A model generated the notes under the pieces. The model was not told the origin of the DNA. It saw only the letters and a program-made list of their open reading frames with translations, and ran no database searches. From Candidatus Poribacteria bacterium (GTDB taxonomy: Bacteria > Poribacteria > WGA-4E > PCPOR2b), in contig OZ240245.1 of assembly GCA_965198175.1 (NCBI GenBank), positions 3,264,001 through 3,328,000 of the forward strand: DNA of 64,000 bases, in the 5' to 3' direction. This document shows, piece after piece, positions 18,323 through 28,611 of the stretch. Both the position numbers and the translations under genes were made by a program. Positions within the stretch are counted from its first letter, which is position 1, and each line of letters opens with the position of its first letter.

Positions 18323-20077
18323 TTAAGCAAACAGCACCACCACCAGCGTCCAGCAGATAGCGGCTAAACCTGCTGCAATGCTGGCTTGAGGAATTTGGGT
18401 CTTGACGTGGTCCATCAAATCACAACCGGTACATATCGAAGAAAGTACTGTCGTATCGGAAATAGGTGAACACTGGTCACCGTAGACACTGCCGTCCATT
18501 ACGGATGCAAAGCAGATGGTCATAAAGAATTGTGGGTGATCCAACCCCTGAACGTTCGCAACCGCCCAAGCCAGCGGCATGCCAAGTGGAAATGCAACTG
18601 CATACGTGCCCCAGCTAGTTCCCGTTGAAAAAGCAATAATCATGGTCATAACCTGGAGTGTGACAGGGAGTAGCCAATAAGGGATGCGACTGCCCAACAA
18701 CTCAACCAGATATGTCCCACCGCCCGCCTCTTTACTAACGGCTCCAATCGTAATCGCCAACAGTAAGATGACCGAGCCAAGAACCACTCCCTTGAAACCA
18801 TCCCCAATGCCTTCCATAAGGTTTTTCAAGGACATGCCGCGGATAAGCGCTAATGCCATTGCAATGAGTACTGCTGCTCCAAATGCCCATCGAACCTTCG
18901 GCGATCCAAACACGATGAATGTACCGATTGCGAGGCCGAGGAGAATTGCGAGGGGAAGAAAGAAGTCAATCACATGGGGTTTATAGCCTTGAGGAACATT
19001 GGTTGCTTGTAATTCCTTTGCACTGAGTGGTTGTGAACCGGGGGCGTCCAAGTCACCGGTCTCACGGGCTCTGTTCATTGCCGCCCGCAGTTTTTTTCCG
19101 AGGAATAATGGCTTTTCGATACTCAGTAAGAAAGTACCCAATACAGCGAAAATTGCGTAGAAACAGAAAGGAACGCTCTTGAAGAAAAAGGTGACGCGCT
19201 CGCTCTCCGTTGCTAACCAACTAACTCCAGCAACAAATATAAAGGACTGTATGTAACCTGGCCAGGCGTTAAAAGCCAGTTGGGACGCAATGGGTGAGGC
19301 AGTCGAGTCAACAATGTACGCCAGCTCTTCATGGCTGATCCGCTCTTTGTCCGCCAGCGGTTTAACCGTCGTACCCACTAAAACTGTACTAACTGTGCCG
19401 CCTTGAAAAAAGATGATTCCGAGCATCCAGGCGACGAGTTTGGCCGTTTTGGGCCCACGAACAACATGCTTGGTCATTAACTCCGCAAACGCTTGAGACG
19501 CGCCGGTTCGTGCCCAGATTCCCATAAGACCGCCGAGAAACCATAAGTAAAGAATTGTGATTCCGGCGGCGGATTTGGTCATAAGATTTTGAACCAAAAC
19601 CGCTTCTGTAATATCGTACTTTCCTAACAGAAAAGCACCCGCAATGACGCCGCCCGCAAGTGATGTCACCGGTTCGCGCGTCACCCAACAGAGCAGAATT
19701 GCAACCACCGCTGGAAGTAAAGACCAATACTGCCAATGGCTGACCCCGTTCACCTGGTAGTACGATGTGTCGCCGTCAACTTTCTCGTACACAAACTCTG
19801 TCGTAACGGATGGAGATTTTTTCTCTTGGTTAAGTCGAGCGATAATTTCAGGATGTAACTGAGAATCTTCAAAGGGCACAAGGTTTTTTATAAGGATTTT
19901 CTTCTCACGTTTACCTTCGCCTTTTGTGAAATAGGGTTCTCCCTGTTCGTTTAAGTGAACATCCAACGTAATCTTATTGACGGTCCACGTCGGTGGAGTG
20001 TATTTTCCAACATAGTAAGCAAGTCCAAGGCAGACAACAAATACCCAAAGTGCGGGTGATTTTAAACTACCAATCAT
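18323..20077 (-). CDS. Na+/H+ antiporter NhaC-family protein
   Basis: [46 protein letters not shown] and DHVKTQ motifs. GGAGG RBS before ATG 20077. Confidence 0.9.
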   Translation of the reverse strand: MIGSLKSPALWVFVVCLGLAYYVGKYTPPTWTVNKITLDVHLNEQGEPYFTKGEGKREKKILIKNLVPFEDSQLHPEIIARLNQEKKSPSVTTEFVYEKVDGDTSYYQVNGVSHWQYWSLLPAVVAILLCWVTREPVTSLAGGVIAGAFLLGKYDITEAVLVQNLMTKSAAGITILYLWFLGGLMGIWARTGASQAFAELMTKHVVRGPKTAKLVAWMLGIIFFQGGTVSTVLVGTTVKPLADKERISHEELAYIVDSTASPIASQLAFNAWPGYIQSFIFVAGVSWLATESERVTFFFKSVPFCFYAIFAVLGTFLLSIEKPLFLGKKLRAAMNRARETGDLDAPGSQPLSAKELQATNVPQGYKPHVIDFFLPLAILLGLAIGTFIVFGSPKVRWAFGAAVLIAMALALIRGMSLKNLMEGIGDGFKGVVLGSVILLLAITIGAVSKEAGGGTYLVELLGSRIPYWLLPVTLQVMTMIIAFSTGTSWGTYAVAFPLGMPLAWAVANVQGLDHPQFFMTICFASVMDGSVYGDQCSPISDTTVLSSICTGCDLMDHVKTQIPQASIAAGLAAICWTLVVVLFA

Positions 20078-20263
20078 TAATAGCCTCCAATTCAAAGTAT
20101 GAGTTAATCAGACACAATCCGGCTTAATTAAATCAACGTAGACTTATCAAAGTTGATGAATTCAGCGCTTTCACGTAGCTGTACGCGTGTGCGCCATCGT
20201 TTCGATTCCATTAACTGCAATTGACGTCATTTTGGAATTTGGTGTCAAGAATTATCATTCGGT

Positions 20264-22252
20264 TCATACATCGACTTTGATCGATAAGTCCTCCAACTGC
20301 CCGTCGGCGACTTCAGAAGGTGCACCTGTTAACAGGCATAATCCGTTTTGTGTTTTTGGGAATGCAATGACTTCGCGGATGTTGTCCTCGCCAGTCATCA
20401 GCATCACGATACGATCTAGCCCAGGTGCAATTCCGGCGTGTGGCGGGGTACCGTGTTGCAAGGCTTTGATGAAGTAGCCGTATCGCCTTTCAACCTCCTC
20501 TTGTCCAATGTTCAGGAGTTCCAATACCTTTTGTTGAACATCCCAACGATGAATTCGGACGCTGCCGCTGCAAATCTCTATACCGTTGATGACGAGATCG
20601 TAGTGCTGCGACAGGGCACCACCGGGATCGGTATCCAAAAGAGGAACACTTTCTTCAGAGGGCGCTGTGAAGAGATGGTGGAATGGCTCGTATCGGTTTT
20701 CGTCTACGTTCCAGTCGAATAGCGGATAATCGACAATCCAGAGGAAATTGAAACAACTCTCATCGATGAGACCAAGTTGTTGTCCGAGGTGAAGTCGGAG
20801 GTTCGACAGGGCATCTGCAACCACCTTTGGTTGATCGGCGACGAACATCATAATGTCTCCTAGCTTCGCTCGCATCCGCTCCGCTACCGCTTTGAGCGTG
20901 TCTTCGCTGAAAAACTTGACGATGCTGGACTCGAACCCCTTCTCGGTTATTTTGATCCACGCCAATCCTCTCGCTTTATAGATTGCGACAAATTCGGTCA
21001 AGTCTTCAATCTCTTTTCTGGAAAATTCTGATCCACCCGGAACGGCGATTCCTTTCACCTGCCCATTTCGTTCCAAGGCGCTGGTAAACACCTTGAAATC
21101 ACAGTCAGCAACGAGACGGGAAAGGTCGGAGAGTTCCATTCCGAAGCGGGTATCCGGCTTATCGCTGCCGAACCTCGCCATGGAGTCGGCGTAAGAGATG
21201 CGCGGAAACGGTGTTTCCACTGGAATGCGTGAGGCTTCCTCAAACATGCGTTGCATCAATCCCTCTGTGACTTCGATGACGTCATCCACCGTTGCAAAGG
21301 ACATCTCAAAATCGAGTTGGGTGAACTCGAGTTGGCGATCGGCGCGGGTGTCCTCATCGCGGAAGCAGCGGGGAATCTGGAAGTAGCGATCGACGCCGCT
21401 CATCATTAAGATTTGCTTGAACTGTTGCGGCGATTGTGGAAGCGCGTAGAAGTTACCAGCGTTGAGTCGGCTTGGCACTAGCACGTCCCGTGCGCCTTCA
21501 GGCGTACTGTTCATCAGGATTGGGGTTTCAATCTCAAGAAACCCTTGTTCGTCCATGTACTTTCGGGCGGCGAGCATAGCTTTGTGTCGAACGGCTAAAG
21601 TTTTTTGCATCTTGGGACGACGGAGATCGATGTATCGGTATGTCATGCGAATCTCTTCGTCAGTATCAATGTTGTCCTCAACGAGAAACGGCGGTGTTTT
21701 GGCAATGTTCAATATCTCCAATTTTTGTGTTGCAAGCTCAATCTCGCCCGTTGGGAGGTTCGGGTTGATTGTACCCAAGTATACCCTGATTTCGGTTTCA
21801 GTCGATTTGATAACGTATGTGCGTTTGCTTGCCCTGTCTGTTACCAGCCACTTGCCTTCTGTTTCTCTGCTTAAAATCTCGACATTTTGGGACAATGGGT
21901 GCTCATTTGCTTTAAAGGCTTGTCTTAATTCCTCTGAACAATCCTGATCTTCTAATTCGGTTTCATGCGCTAATCCGAGGTTGAACAACAGGTCGCCCTC
22001 TAGCCGTTCTCGAACTGTTCCACTCACGACCAACACAAACTCGCTGCGAATTTGGTTTGCAATCTTATGGGCACCAATATCAATCTTGGGATCGAAAACC
22101 ACTTGCGTAATCCCCGTCCGATCCCGTAAATCGACGAAAATAACGCCACCATGGTCTCTACGGCGAGCAACCCAGCCAGTTAATTGCACCGATTTCCCGG
22201 CATCGGCGAGCCGTAACTCTCCACAATAATGTGTCCTTTTCATTTCAGGCAT
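20264..22252 (-). CDS. aspS: Aspartate--tRNA ligase (probably non-discriminating Asp/Asn) with a 74-aa insertion in the OB fold
   Basis: RTHYCG, RDHGGVIFVDLRD, YALPQSPQ, RCFRDED, EFTQLD and GLDR...VIAFPKT motifs. Confidence 0.97.
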   Translation of the reverse strand: MPEMKRTHYCGELRLADAGKSVQLTGWVARRRDHGGVIFVDLRDRTGITQVVFDPKIDIGAHKIANQIRSEFVLVVSGTVRERLEGDLLFNLGLAHETELEDQDCSEELRQAFKANEHPLSQNVEILSRETEGKWLVTDRASKRTYVIKSTETEIRVYLGTINPNLPTGEIELATQKLEILNIAKTPPFLVEDNIDTDEEIRMTYRYIDLRRPKMQKTLAVRHKAMLAARKYMDEQGFLEIETPILMNSTPEGARDVLVPSRLNAGNFYALPQSPQQFKQILMMSGVDRYFQIPRCFRDEDTRADRQLEFTQLDFEMSFATVDDVIEVTEGLMQRMFEEASRIPVETPFPRISYADSMARFGSDKPDTRFGMELSDLSRLVADCDFKVFTSALERNGQVKGIAVPGGSEFSRKEIEDLTEFVAIYKARGLAWIKITEKGFESSIVKFFSEDTLKAVAERMRAKLGDIMMFVADQPKVVADALSNLRLHLGQQLGLIDESCFNFLWIVDYPLFDWNVDENRYEPFHHLFTAPSEESVPLLDTDPGGALSQHYDLVINGIEICSGSVRIHRWDVQQKVLELLNIGQEEVERRYGYFIKALQHGTPPHAGIAPGLDRIVMLMTGEDNIREVIAFPKTQNGLCLLTGAPSEVADGQLEDLSIKVDV

Positions 22253-22347
22253 TGTGCGTCTTTACTTATCCTTAATTGTAAAATTGTCATTCTTTGACAA
22301 TCGATAACATCGTGAAATTTGTGACAGCTTGCACTCGTCACGTTAAG

Positions 22348-23622
22348 TTAGTTAAGGCAATCTAAACGCGATGTTTTACTCAGTTCCTCTGCCAACCGAT
22401 CGAACGCAACCGTCCACTGGTTACCACTCTCCATCTCTCGAACCGTCGCTGCGTCATCCTTAATCTCATCTTCCCCGATTATCACGACATATTGCACGTT
22501 GAGCTTGTTCGCTGTTTTCATCTGTGCCTTCAAACTGCGTCCGTTATACTCAAGGTCGGCTTTGATTCCCCTATCGCGGAGTCTTTGCGCTGATTGAAAA
22601 GCGATAGGCATCGCTTCATCACCCAGTACGGCGATGTAAACGTCAATGGGCGGTTGTGGCGAAAACCCGACGTTCTGCGCTTCTAAGGCAAGTATGACTC
22701 GATCTACGCCAAGCCCAAACCCTATCCCCGGAGTTGGCTTGTTACCCAGTTCTTCGACCAGATAGTCGTACCGTCCACCACCGCCAATAGCGTCTTGTGC
22801 ACCGAGTCCGCCTGCGGTGAATTCAAATGTAGAGCGAGAGTAGTAGTCCATTCCCCTCACGAGATTCGGATTTTCGGTATAGTCAATGTTGGACAACTCC
22901 AGATAACGCTTGACTGAGTCGAAATGTTCACGGCACGGGTCGCATAGATAGTCCACCAGTCGAGGACCTTCAGTTAAGATTTCACGACACCCTTTCTTGC
23001 AATCAAAAAGTCGCAACGGATTGCGTTCATAGCGACCCTGGCATTCTCGACAGAACTGATCGAGGCGCGCCTTCGTGAAAGCCTTGAGATCCGCCACATA
23101 TTTTGGACGACAAGCACGGTCGCCAATAGTATTCAGGTGTAGCATCAGATCTTTTAAACCAAGCGTCAAATAGAATTGATGGGCTAACGCGATGACTTCC
23201 GCATCAACCGCAGCTTGTGCCGCGCCAAACACTTCCACCCCCACCTGCCAATGCTCACGGTAACGTCCAGCCTGCGGTCGTTCATAGCGGTACATTCGCC
23301 CATTGTAGTAAAGTTTCAAGACACTCGTGCCTTCGAGCAGTCGATTTTGAAGGATAGCGCGCACAACGGATGCTGTCCCTTCTGGTCGTAGTGTGATGCT
23401 CCGATTGGCTTTGTCGTTGAAGGTGAACATCTCTTTTTCAACGATATCGGTGGTATCCCCCACCCCGCGGACAAATAGGTCGGTGCTTTCAAAGATTGGG
23501 GTGCGAATTTCCTGATATCCGTATGTCGAAAAAACAGATCGCGCGACCTTCTCTACCCACTGCCAGGTTTGAGTCTCGCAAGGGAGGATATCTCTCGTTC
23601 CTTTTGGTGATTGAATAAGCAT
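22348..23622 (-). CDS. hisS: Histidine--tRNA ligase
   Basis: PKGTRD, LRPEGTA, RYERPQAGRYR, VRGMDYY and GGGGRYD motifs. Confidence 0.97.
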   Translation of the reverse strand: MLIQSPKGTRDILPCETQTWQWVEKVARSVFSTYGYQEIRTPIFESTDLFVRGVGDTTDIVEKEMFTFNDKANRSITLRPEGTASVVRAILQNRLLEGTSVLKLYYNGRMYRYERPQAGRYREHWQVGVEVFGAAQAAVDAEVIALAHQFYLTLGLKDLMLHLNTIGDRACRPKYVADLKAFTKARLDQFCRECQGRYERNPLRLFDCKKGCREILTEGPRLVDYLCDPCREHFDSVKRYLELSNIDYTENPNLVRGMDYYSRSTFEFTAGGLGAQDAIGGGGRYDYLVEELGNKPTPGIGFGLGVDRVILALEAQNVGFSPQPPIDVYIAVLGDEAMPIAFQSAQRLRDRGIKADLEYNGRSLKAQMKTANKLNVQYVVIIGEDEIKDDAATVREMESGNQWTVAFDRLAEELSKTSRLDCLN

Positions 23623-23625
23623 ATC

Positions 23626-24780
23626 TTACCGATAACTCCTTCTTACTTGCTGAATCTTCCCTAACGTTTCCTTTACCGCTTGCCACAATTCCTCGTTTTC
23701 GTCATTTTCGAGCGCCTGCAAAGCATCAACGATTTGCCCGCCGGAATAGATGACCTTTCCCAATGCCTTTGCTGCCCAAATCTTATCCACCTTCTCAATC
23801 AGGACAAGCTGCTCTCCGTACTCATTGGCGGTCTGGATTTCTCCCTTTTCAATTTTCTCGCGAAGCCGTTGTTCGGAAAACCCCATGTGCTCTACGGCTT
23901 CTGTCACTGAAAGCCAAAAACTACTAACCTTCTCATTGTCCAGTTCGGCAAGCAGAAAATCTTTGTAGAGACTTAAGAAATAGTTCTCAAAAGCTAACGT
24001 CCGCTCACAGATATTTTTGAGTTGTTTTCTGTCTCCCGTATCTGAGGGAACACAGTACACCCATGCATTTCGGCATTTGGCATAAACGTCTTGGATAAGG
24101 TCGGTCCATTCATCGTTGATGCGTACCCGGTATTGTTTCAGACAGTCGTTTTTGTCATTGACATAAACTTTGGCTTTGAGCGCTATAATCGCCAATGCGG
24201 ATTTCCCTACACAATTGATTATCTCTTTAGTGCCAGGCAGCAGCGTTCCATCTGCGGCGCGCGCTTTACGTTTGTCGTAACCATAAAACTCCCCCTCAGG
24301 GTCGGGATAATTCAATGGAAATACAAGAAATTCTGGTTTGCCTCGGATTCGAGAAAAGAAACGATATGGGACATGCATCAAGGCGCGTTCATACCAATCA
24401 AGAGGAATTAACGAAATTTCATCGCGAATATCCTTCCCATAAAGTAATATGCTGGCAAACTTAAGCGTTGGAAGTCCTAGGCGTAATGCCTGCCCTTCAC
24501 TATAAAGATTGAGTTCCAAAGGGATTGGACTTATCAACGAACAGTATTTGCTTGTCTGCTGAACTTTATCATTTTCCTCTCGACTGGTGAAATTGTCAAT
24601 GAACAAGATGTCCACGTCAATGTCGCTTGCAGGAACAGCAGTGCCATCCGTATAACTTCCCGTTAGGTAGTATCCTCGGATTCGCTCGGGAAAGACCGAT
24701 TCAAAAATACCGATTACGCCGCGTAAAATATTGTCAACCTCCCGGTTCCCGGCGGAATCGAGAAGGGAAACGTAACTCAT
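23626..24780 (-). CDS. Pol-beta-type nucleotidyltransferase domain protein with an excisionase-like HTH segment near the C-terminus
   Basis: YLTGSYTDG...SDIDVD motif; WLSVTEAVEHMGFSEQRLREKIEKGEI at about aa 289-315. Confidence 0.75.
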   Translation of the reverse strand: MSYVSLLDSAGNREVDNILRGVIGIFESVFPERIRGYYLTGSYTDGTAVPASDIDVDILFIDNFTSREENDKVQQTSKYCSLISPIPLELNLYSEGQALRLGLPTLKFASILLYGKDIRDEISLIPLDWYERALMHVPYRFFSRIRGKPEFLVFPLNYPDPEGEFYGYDKRKARAADGTLLPGTKEIINCVGKSALAIIALKAKVYVNDKNDCLKQYRVRINDEWTDLIQDVYAKCRNAWVYCVPSDTGDRKQLKNICERTLAFENYFLSLYKDFLLAELDNEKVSSFWLSVTEAVEHMGFSEQRLREKIEKGEIQTANEYGEQLVLIEKVDKIWAAKALGKVIYSGGQIVDALQALENDENEELWQAVKETLGKIQQVRRSYR

Positions 24781-24811
24781 ATCAATTCTCGCACCGAATC
24801 ATACACACAAT

Positions 24812-27800
24812 TTACGATTTCCGCTGCATCGCCGCCTGAATCTGACGCCGTTGCTCCTGAAGTTCTGGGGCGCTAGGGGCAAGGCGGAGTGCTTCAGTAT
24901 TGGCTTTCAACGCATCGTCATATCGCCTTTGTGTGAGGTATAAATCCGCCAAATCGCTGTGTAGCAACGGCTCATTCGACGAAAGTTGAATTGCCCGCTG
25001 GTATGAATCAATTGCCTTGCTAACTGCGTTCTCTTCCGCATAAATATTGCCTAATACATAATGCCCGCGCCACGAGTTTGGGTTGACTTCCAATGTCTTC
25101 TCTGCGTATTTCTGCGCTTCCGGCAACATATTTTTTAGATGAAAGATTGATGCCATTGCCGCGAAAATTTCGGCAGGAAGATTCGAATCTAACTTCTCAA
25201 GCCGTTGATAAGTACGCAGCGCTTCATCGCTGCGTTTTTGGCGTTCATAAATTGGTCCGAGTAGGAGGTAAAAATCTAGACGGTTCGGTTCAAGTTCGAT
25301 TGCTTTCTCAATCGCTTTTGCGGATTCCTCTAATCTCCCTTGACCTTCGTAGATGACTGCGAGTTGAATGTAGCCTTCCGTCTCTTGAGGATTAGTTTGC
25401 AAGGTCTCTTTGACGACTTGTTCAAGTTGCTTGAGCTCTTTTTGCTCCTCTTTGCGGACCAATCCGGCTGCAACTTCAAGATGGTATCGAATCACCCTAT
25501 CACGTGGGTTAATAGCCAACCCACGATTAAAATATCCAAATGCCTCCTCATATTCTTCCGCAACATACACAATTTGGCCTTCGATTAGCCTCTGAGTGGC
25601 GTCGAAGTAAAGATTCACCTGTTTTCTCACCTCGGTCTTCTCCGCCATCGTTCTGCCATAATTTTTCAGATACGGATTGACACGTTCACGATATTTCGCC
25701 ATTCCCGCAATAATGCTTCTGCTGCTACCTACAGACTGCTTTGCGCGGATAAACCCCAAATACGGGCGGCTATCTGTATAAATGGAGCCGTCTCCGGTAT
25801 AGCTTCGGAGCGCATCCTCACCCATCATAAACGAATCTAGCAACGACTTGCCATCAAGATCGTCGTGCGCGAGCGCGCCACTGATGTTTGCAATCTGAGC
25901 TCTATCTATAAAGTTCTTATAATCAATCTTGAGTGGTTCAGATGTACCAATCAAGATGACGAAATCTGGCGTGTATTTGTACCATAGTGTAGTGTGAGGA
26001 AAAACTTCGAGGAATGTCCTCAGAGCCATCTTGAAATGCGCTTCGGAGAACAGCCAGATCGGTAACCACTGACATAAAATGCCGCGTTCGTCCAGAGCAC
26101 TCTTGCAGCGTCTGTAGAAATCTGTGGTGTAGATGTGCGAATTCCATACACCGGGTGAGGGTGCGAGAGATCTCACTGAGATAATGTCGTATTTTTCACC
26201 CGTCATCAGCAGATAGTTTCGCTCGTCATCAACGATCAAATCGAAGGAGGGACTGCTGAGAATATTGTGATTCACATCAGTGAAATTTACACGCGCTTCT
26301 TCAATGACATCTTTTGAAGTTTCGACCGCATCCACATGAACCCCGTGTTGCGTCATTGAGTAGGCGGTTAGTCCCATGCCAAACCCGACTACAAGTGCAC
26401 GTTTCGGGTCAGGATGAAGGAGTGACGGGAGATGCGCGATTACACGATGTGAAGGGGAGTCCCATCGGGAAGTATCTGCGACTTTAGTTGTGCCTACATA
26501 CAGTTGATGAGCTCCCTTCTCATCCTTAAGCACCGTCACATCGGCATCAACGCCCTGTTTATGGGCGATGATTGCGCTACCTGTGCCTTGCGTGACGTTG
26601 TTCTCACTTCTGAGGACCAGTGGTTCGTCTGCTACATAGAGCACAATCAGTCCGAAGCCAGCAGTAAGGACTGCACCCGCAGTTGCTGCCCCACTCAGTA
26701 GTTGTCTGGAGCGTAAATTTTCAGTTTGTCCAGAGAAAATCATGGCACATCCCATAATCGCGCTCAAAACCGCTGTCAGGACAATACCCGGACGAATCCC
26801 AATCAATGGGACGAAAATAAACGCTGCGCACAAAACACCTGCGATTGCACCAATGATGTGAATCGCACAAACATTGCCAATGCTGCGTCCCAATCGCGCC
26901 GTGTCGCGCGTGTAAATCCGGATAGCCACCGGAATGCACCCGCCAATTAAGATAGTAGGTACAATCATCACGACTATACAACCAATGAATGCTCCGATTC
27001 CTCCACCATAGAAAGTTGATTGTGAAAGGCTGCCAATTCGATGTAGTTCTCCGAAAGCCGATATCGCCGCAACCCCAGAGAACCCGATGCCAATCTGCAT
27101 CAATCCGAACAAGCTAACGCGTGATTTTATACGATCAGTTGCCCATGCGAATAAGAAACTCCCGAGAGCAACTCCAAACAGGAAGACTGCCAGCATAGTT
27201 GTGGAGGTTGCAACACTGAGGGAGGACACCAGAACGCGCCTCCAGAGCACTGCATAGGCGAAAGTGCAGAATCCGGAGACAGCAAATGCCCAGACCGCTA
27301 GCCGTAAAGACGGAAGCGCTTCGGTTGTATCTGAGTGCGAATCGATGTGCTCTGAGGCTGAATACATCTTGTCCTTAGCGCTCGCTGTATTACTTGCCCA
27401 CTGTCGATTCAGCCCAAAGGCAATGGCTGCCACAAACAAGTTAATGCCTGCACATAGGTAGAGAGACTGTAGAACCCCTAAAGTTTGCAATAGGAAAAAT
27501 CCTACTGCAAGACATCCAATCACGCTGCCAAGCATCTTCAGCCCATTGAGGATGCCGACGTGGAATCTCAGCCTTTCCGACCTTTCCACCAATAACTTGC
27601 ACAGGACAGGCAATGTGCCTCCCATCAGAATTGACGGGACAAGCAGGAAGAGAAAGGATAGAGCAAAGCGGATGAACGCAAGCGAATAGAATTCCCCATT
27701 AAGCCCGCGATAGAGCAGAATGTGGATGGCGTTGAGTACATTCAATAGTAAGGGGGAAATAAGGGCAAAAACACCGATACCTACTTCAAGAATACCATAT

Positions 27801-28015
27801 AAGCGTAATGGACGTTCCTCGCGATCTGCTACACGACCAAAGTAAAAACTACCAACTGCTAATCCTGACATCAGTGCTATCAGCACCGTGCTCACCGGCA
27901 GCGTAGTGCTGCCAAATATTAGTGTGAGTTGGTGCGTCCAGATTACTTCGTAGATTAAGCCAATGGCACCGGAAAAAAGGAAGATTAGCCCCACAACCGG
28001 TTTAACGTTCCGCAC
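24812..28015 (-). CDS. Fused membrane domain / spermidine-synthase-like protein with C-terminal TPRs
   Basis: SGAIGLIYEVIW TM domain, HPDPKRALVVGFGMGLT SAM-binding motif, YDII, and several TPR-like helical repeats. Confidence 0.88.
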   Translation of the reverse strand: MRNVKPVVGLIFLFSGAIGLIYEVIWTHQLTLIFGSTTLPVSTVLIALMSGLAVGSFYFGRVADREERPLRLYGILEVGIGVFALISPLLLNVLNAIHILLYRGLNGEFYSLAFIRFALSFLFLLVPSILMGGTLPVLCKLLVERSERLRFHVGILNGLKMLGSVIGCLAVGFFLLQTLGVLQSLYLCAGINLFVAAIAFGLNRQWASNTASAKDKMYSASEHIDSHSDTTEALPSLRLAVWAFAVSGFCTFAYAVLWRRVLVSSLSVATSTTMLAVFLFGVALGSFLFAWATDRIKSRVSLFGLMQIGIGFSGVAAISAFGELHRIGSLSQSTFYGGGIGAFIGCIVVMIVPTILIGGCIPVAIRIYTRDTARLGRSIGNVCAIHIIGAIAGVLCAAFIFVPLIGIRPGIVLTAVLSAIMGCAMIFSGQTENLRSRQLLSGAATAGAVLTAGFGLIVLYVADEPLVLRSENNVTQGTGSAIIAHKQGVDADVTVLKDEKGAHQLYVGTTKVADTSRWDSPSHRVIAHLPSLLHPDPKRALVVGFGMGLTAYSMTQHGVHVDAVETSKDVIEEARVNFTDVNHNILSSPSFDLIVDDERNYLLMTGEKYDIISVRSLAPSPGVWNSHIYTTDFYRRCKSALDERGILCQWLPIWLFSEAHFKMALRTFLEVFPHTTLWYKYTPDFVILIGTSEPLKIDYKNFIDRAQIANISGALAHDDLDGKSLLDSFMMGEDALRSYTGDGSIYTDSRPYLGFIRAKQSVGSSRSIIAGMAKYRERVNPYLKNYGRTMAEKTEVRKQVNLYFDATQRLIEGQIVYVAEEYEEAFGYFNRGLAINPRDRVIRYHLEVAAGLVRKEEQKELKQLEQVVKETLQTNPQETEGYIQLAVIYEGQGRLEESAKAIEKAIELEPNRLDFYLLLGPIYERQKRSDEALRTYQRLEKLDSNLPAEIFAAMASIFHLKNMLPEAQKYAEKTLEVNPNSWRGHYVLGNIYAEENAVSKAIDSYQRAIQLSSNEPLLHSDLADLYLTQRRYDDALKANTEALRLAPSAPELQEQRRQIQAAMQRKS

Positions 28016-28611
28016 AGTTCTCTGTCCCTTCTCATCATCTCCAACTTTCCAAAAGTTAAAAACTTTTCGATAGTTTCGTGGCTTCAGAATTCATTATAAC
28101 ACATAAATCCTAGCGTTGTGTACATCAAAATGGGAATGCGTGGCATTGGGAGCACAGAACTAAAGCTGGAATGCTCGATTATCGATTTTCCAATTTAACC
28201 TCCATCGCAGCACAAAGATATTCGATATAGCGACCATTATTTTTCGAGAGTTGTTCGCCATGGATGCACGCTATCCATTCGCGTTCGGCGGCGATGTGGT
28301 TATGGTTGTTCCACTACCGAAGATAAGAGTATAATAGCGTAGCGATAGCTCTACCTGATCTGATGGACAGCTATGTTCAACGAGCCATGCGATTTTTAAC
28401 GGGGAGTTGGGAGCGTTCTCGACTGTTTTGAGCGGTGAAGGTGCTTCAGAGGAGGCGGGGGAGTATTAGATTCACCTTGTACCGTCATTTTCATGTAGAA
28501 AATAATCAATATATAAACTAAAACCGAGGAAAGTGTAGAAAAGACTGTCGGTACGATAATCTGAAATCCTTATCCACAATCAGCAATCCCGCCGCTCGTC
28601 GGTTAAAAAAC

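Noticed and set aside
21773..21994. AspRS insert as an intein or intron
   Set aside because: No N-terminal Cys/Ser or C-terminal His-Asn, too short for an intein, and the frame is open with a protein-like sequence.
28185..28410. Possible decayed DNA methyltransferase fragment on the minus strand (WLVEHSCP...FGSGTT...REWIA)
   Set aside because: Short matches across different frames; cannot be distinguished from chance without a translated search.
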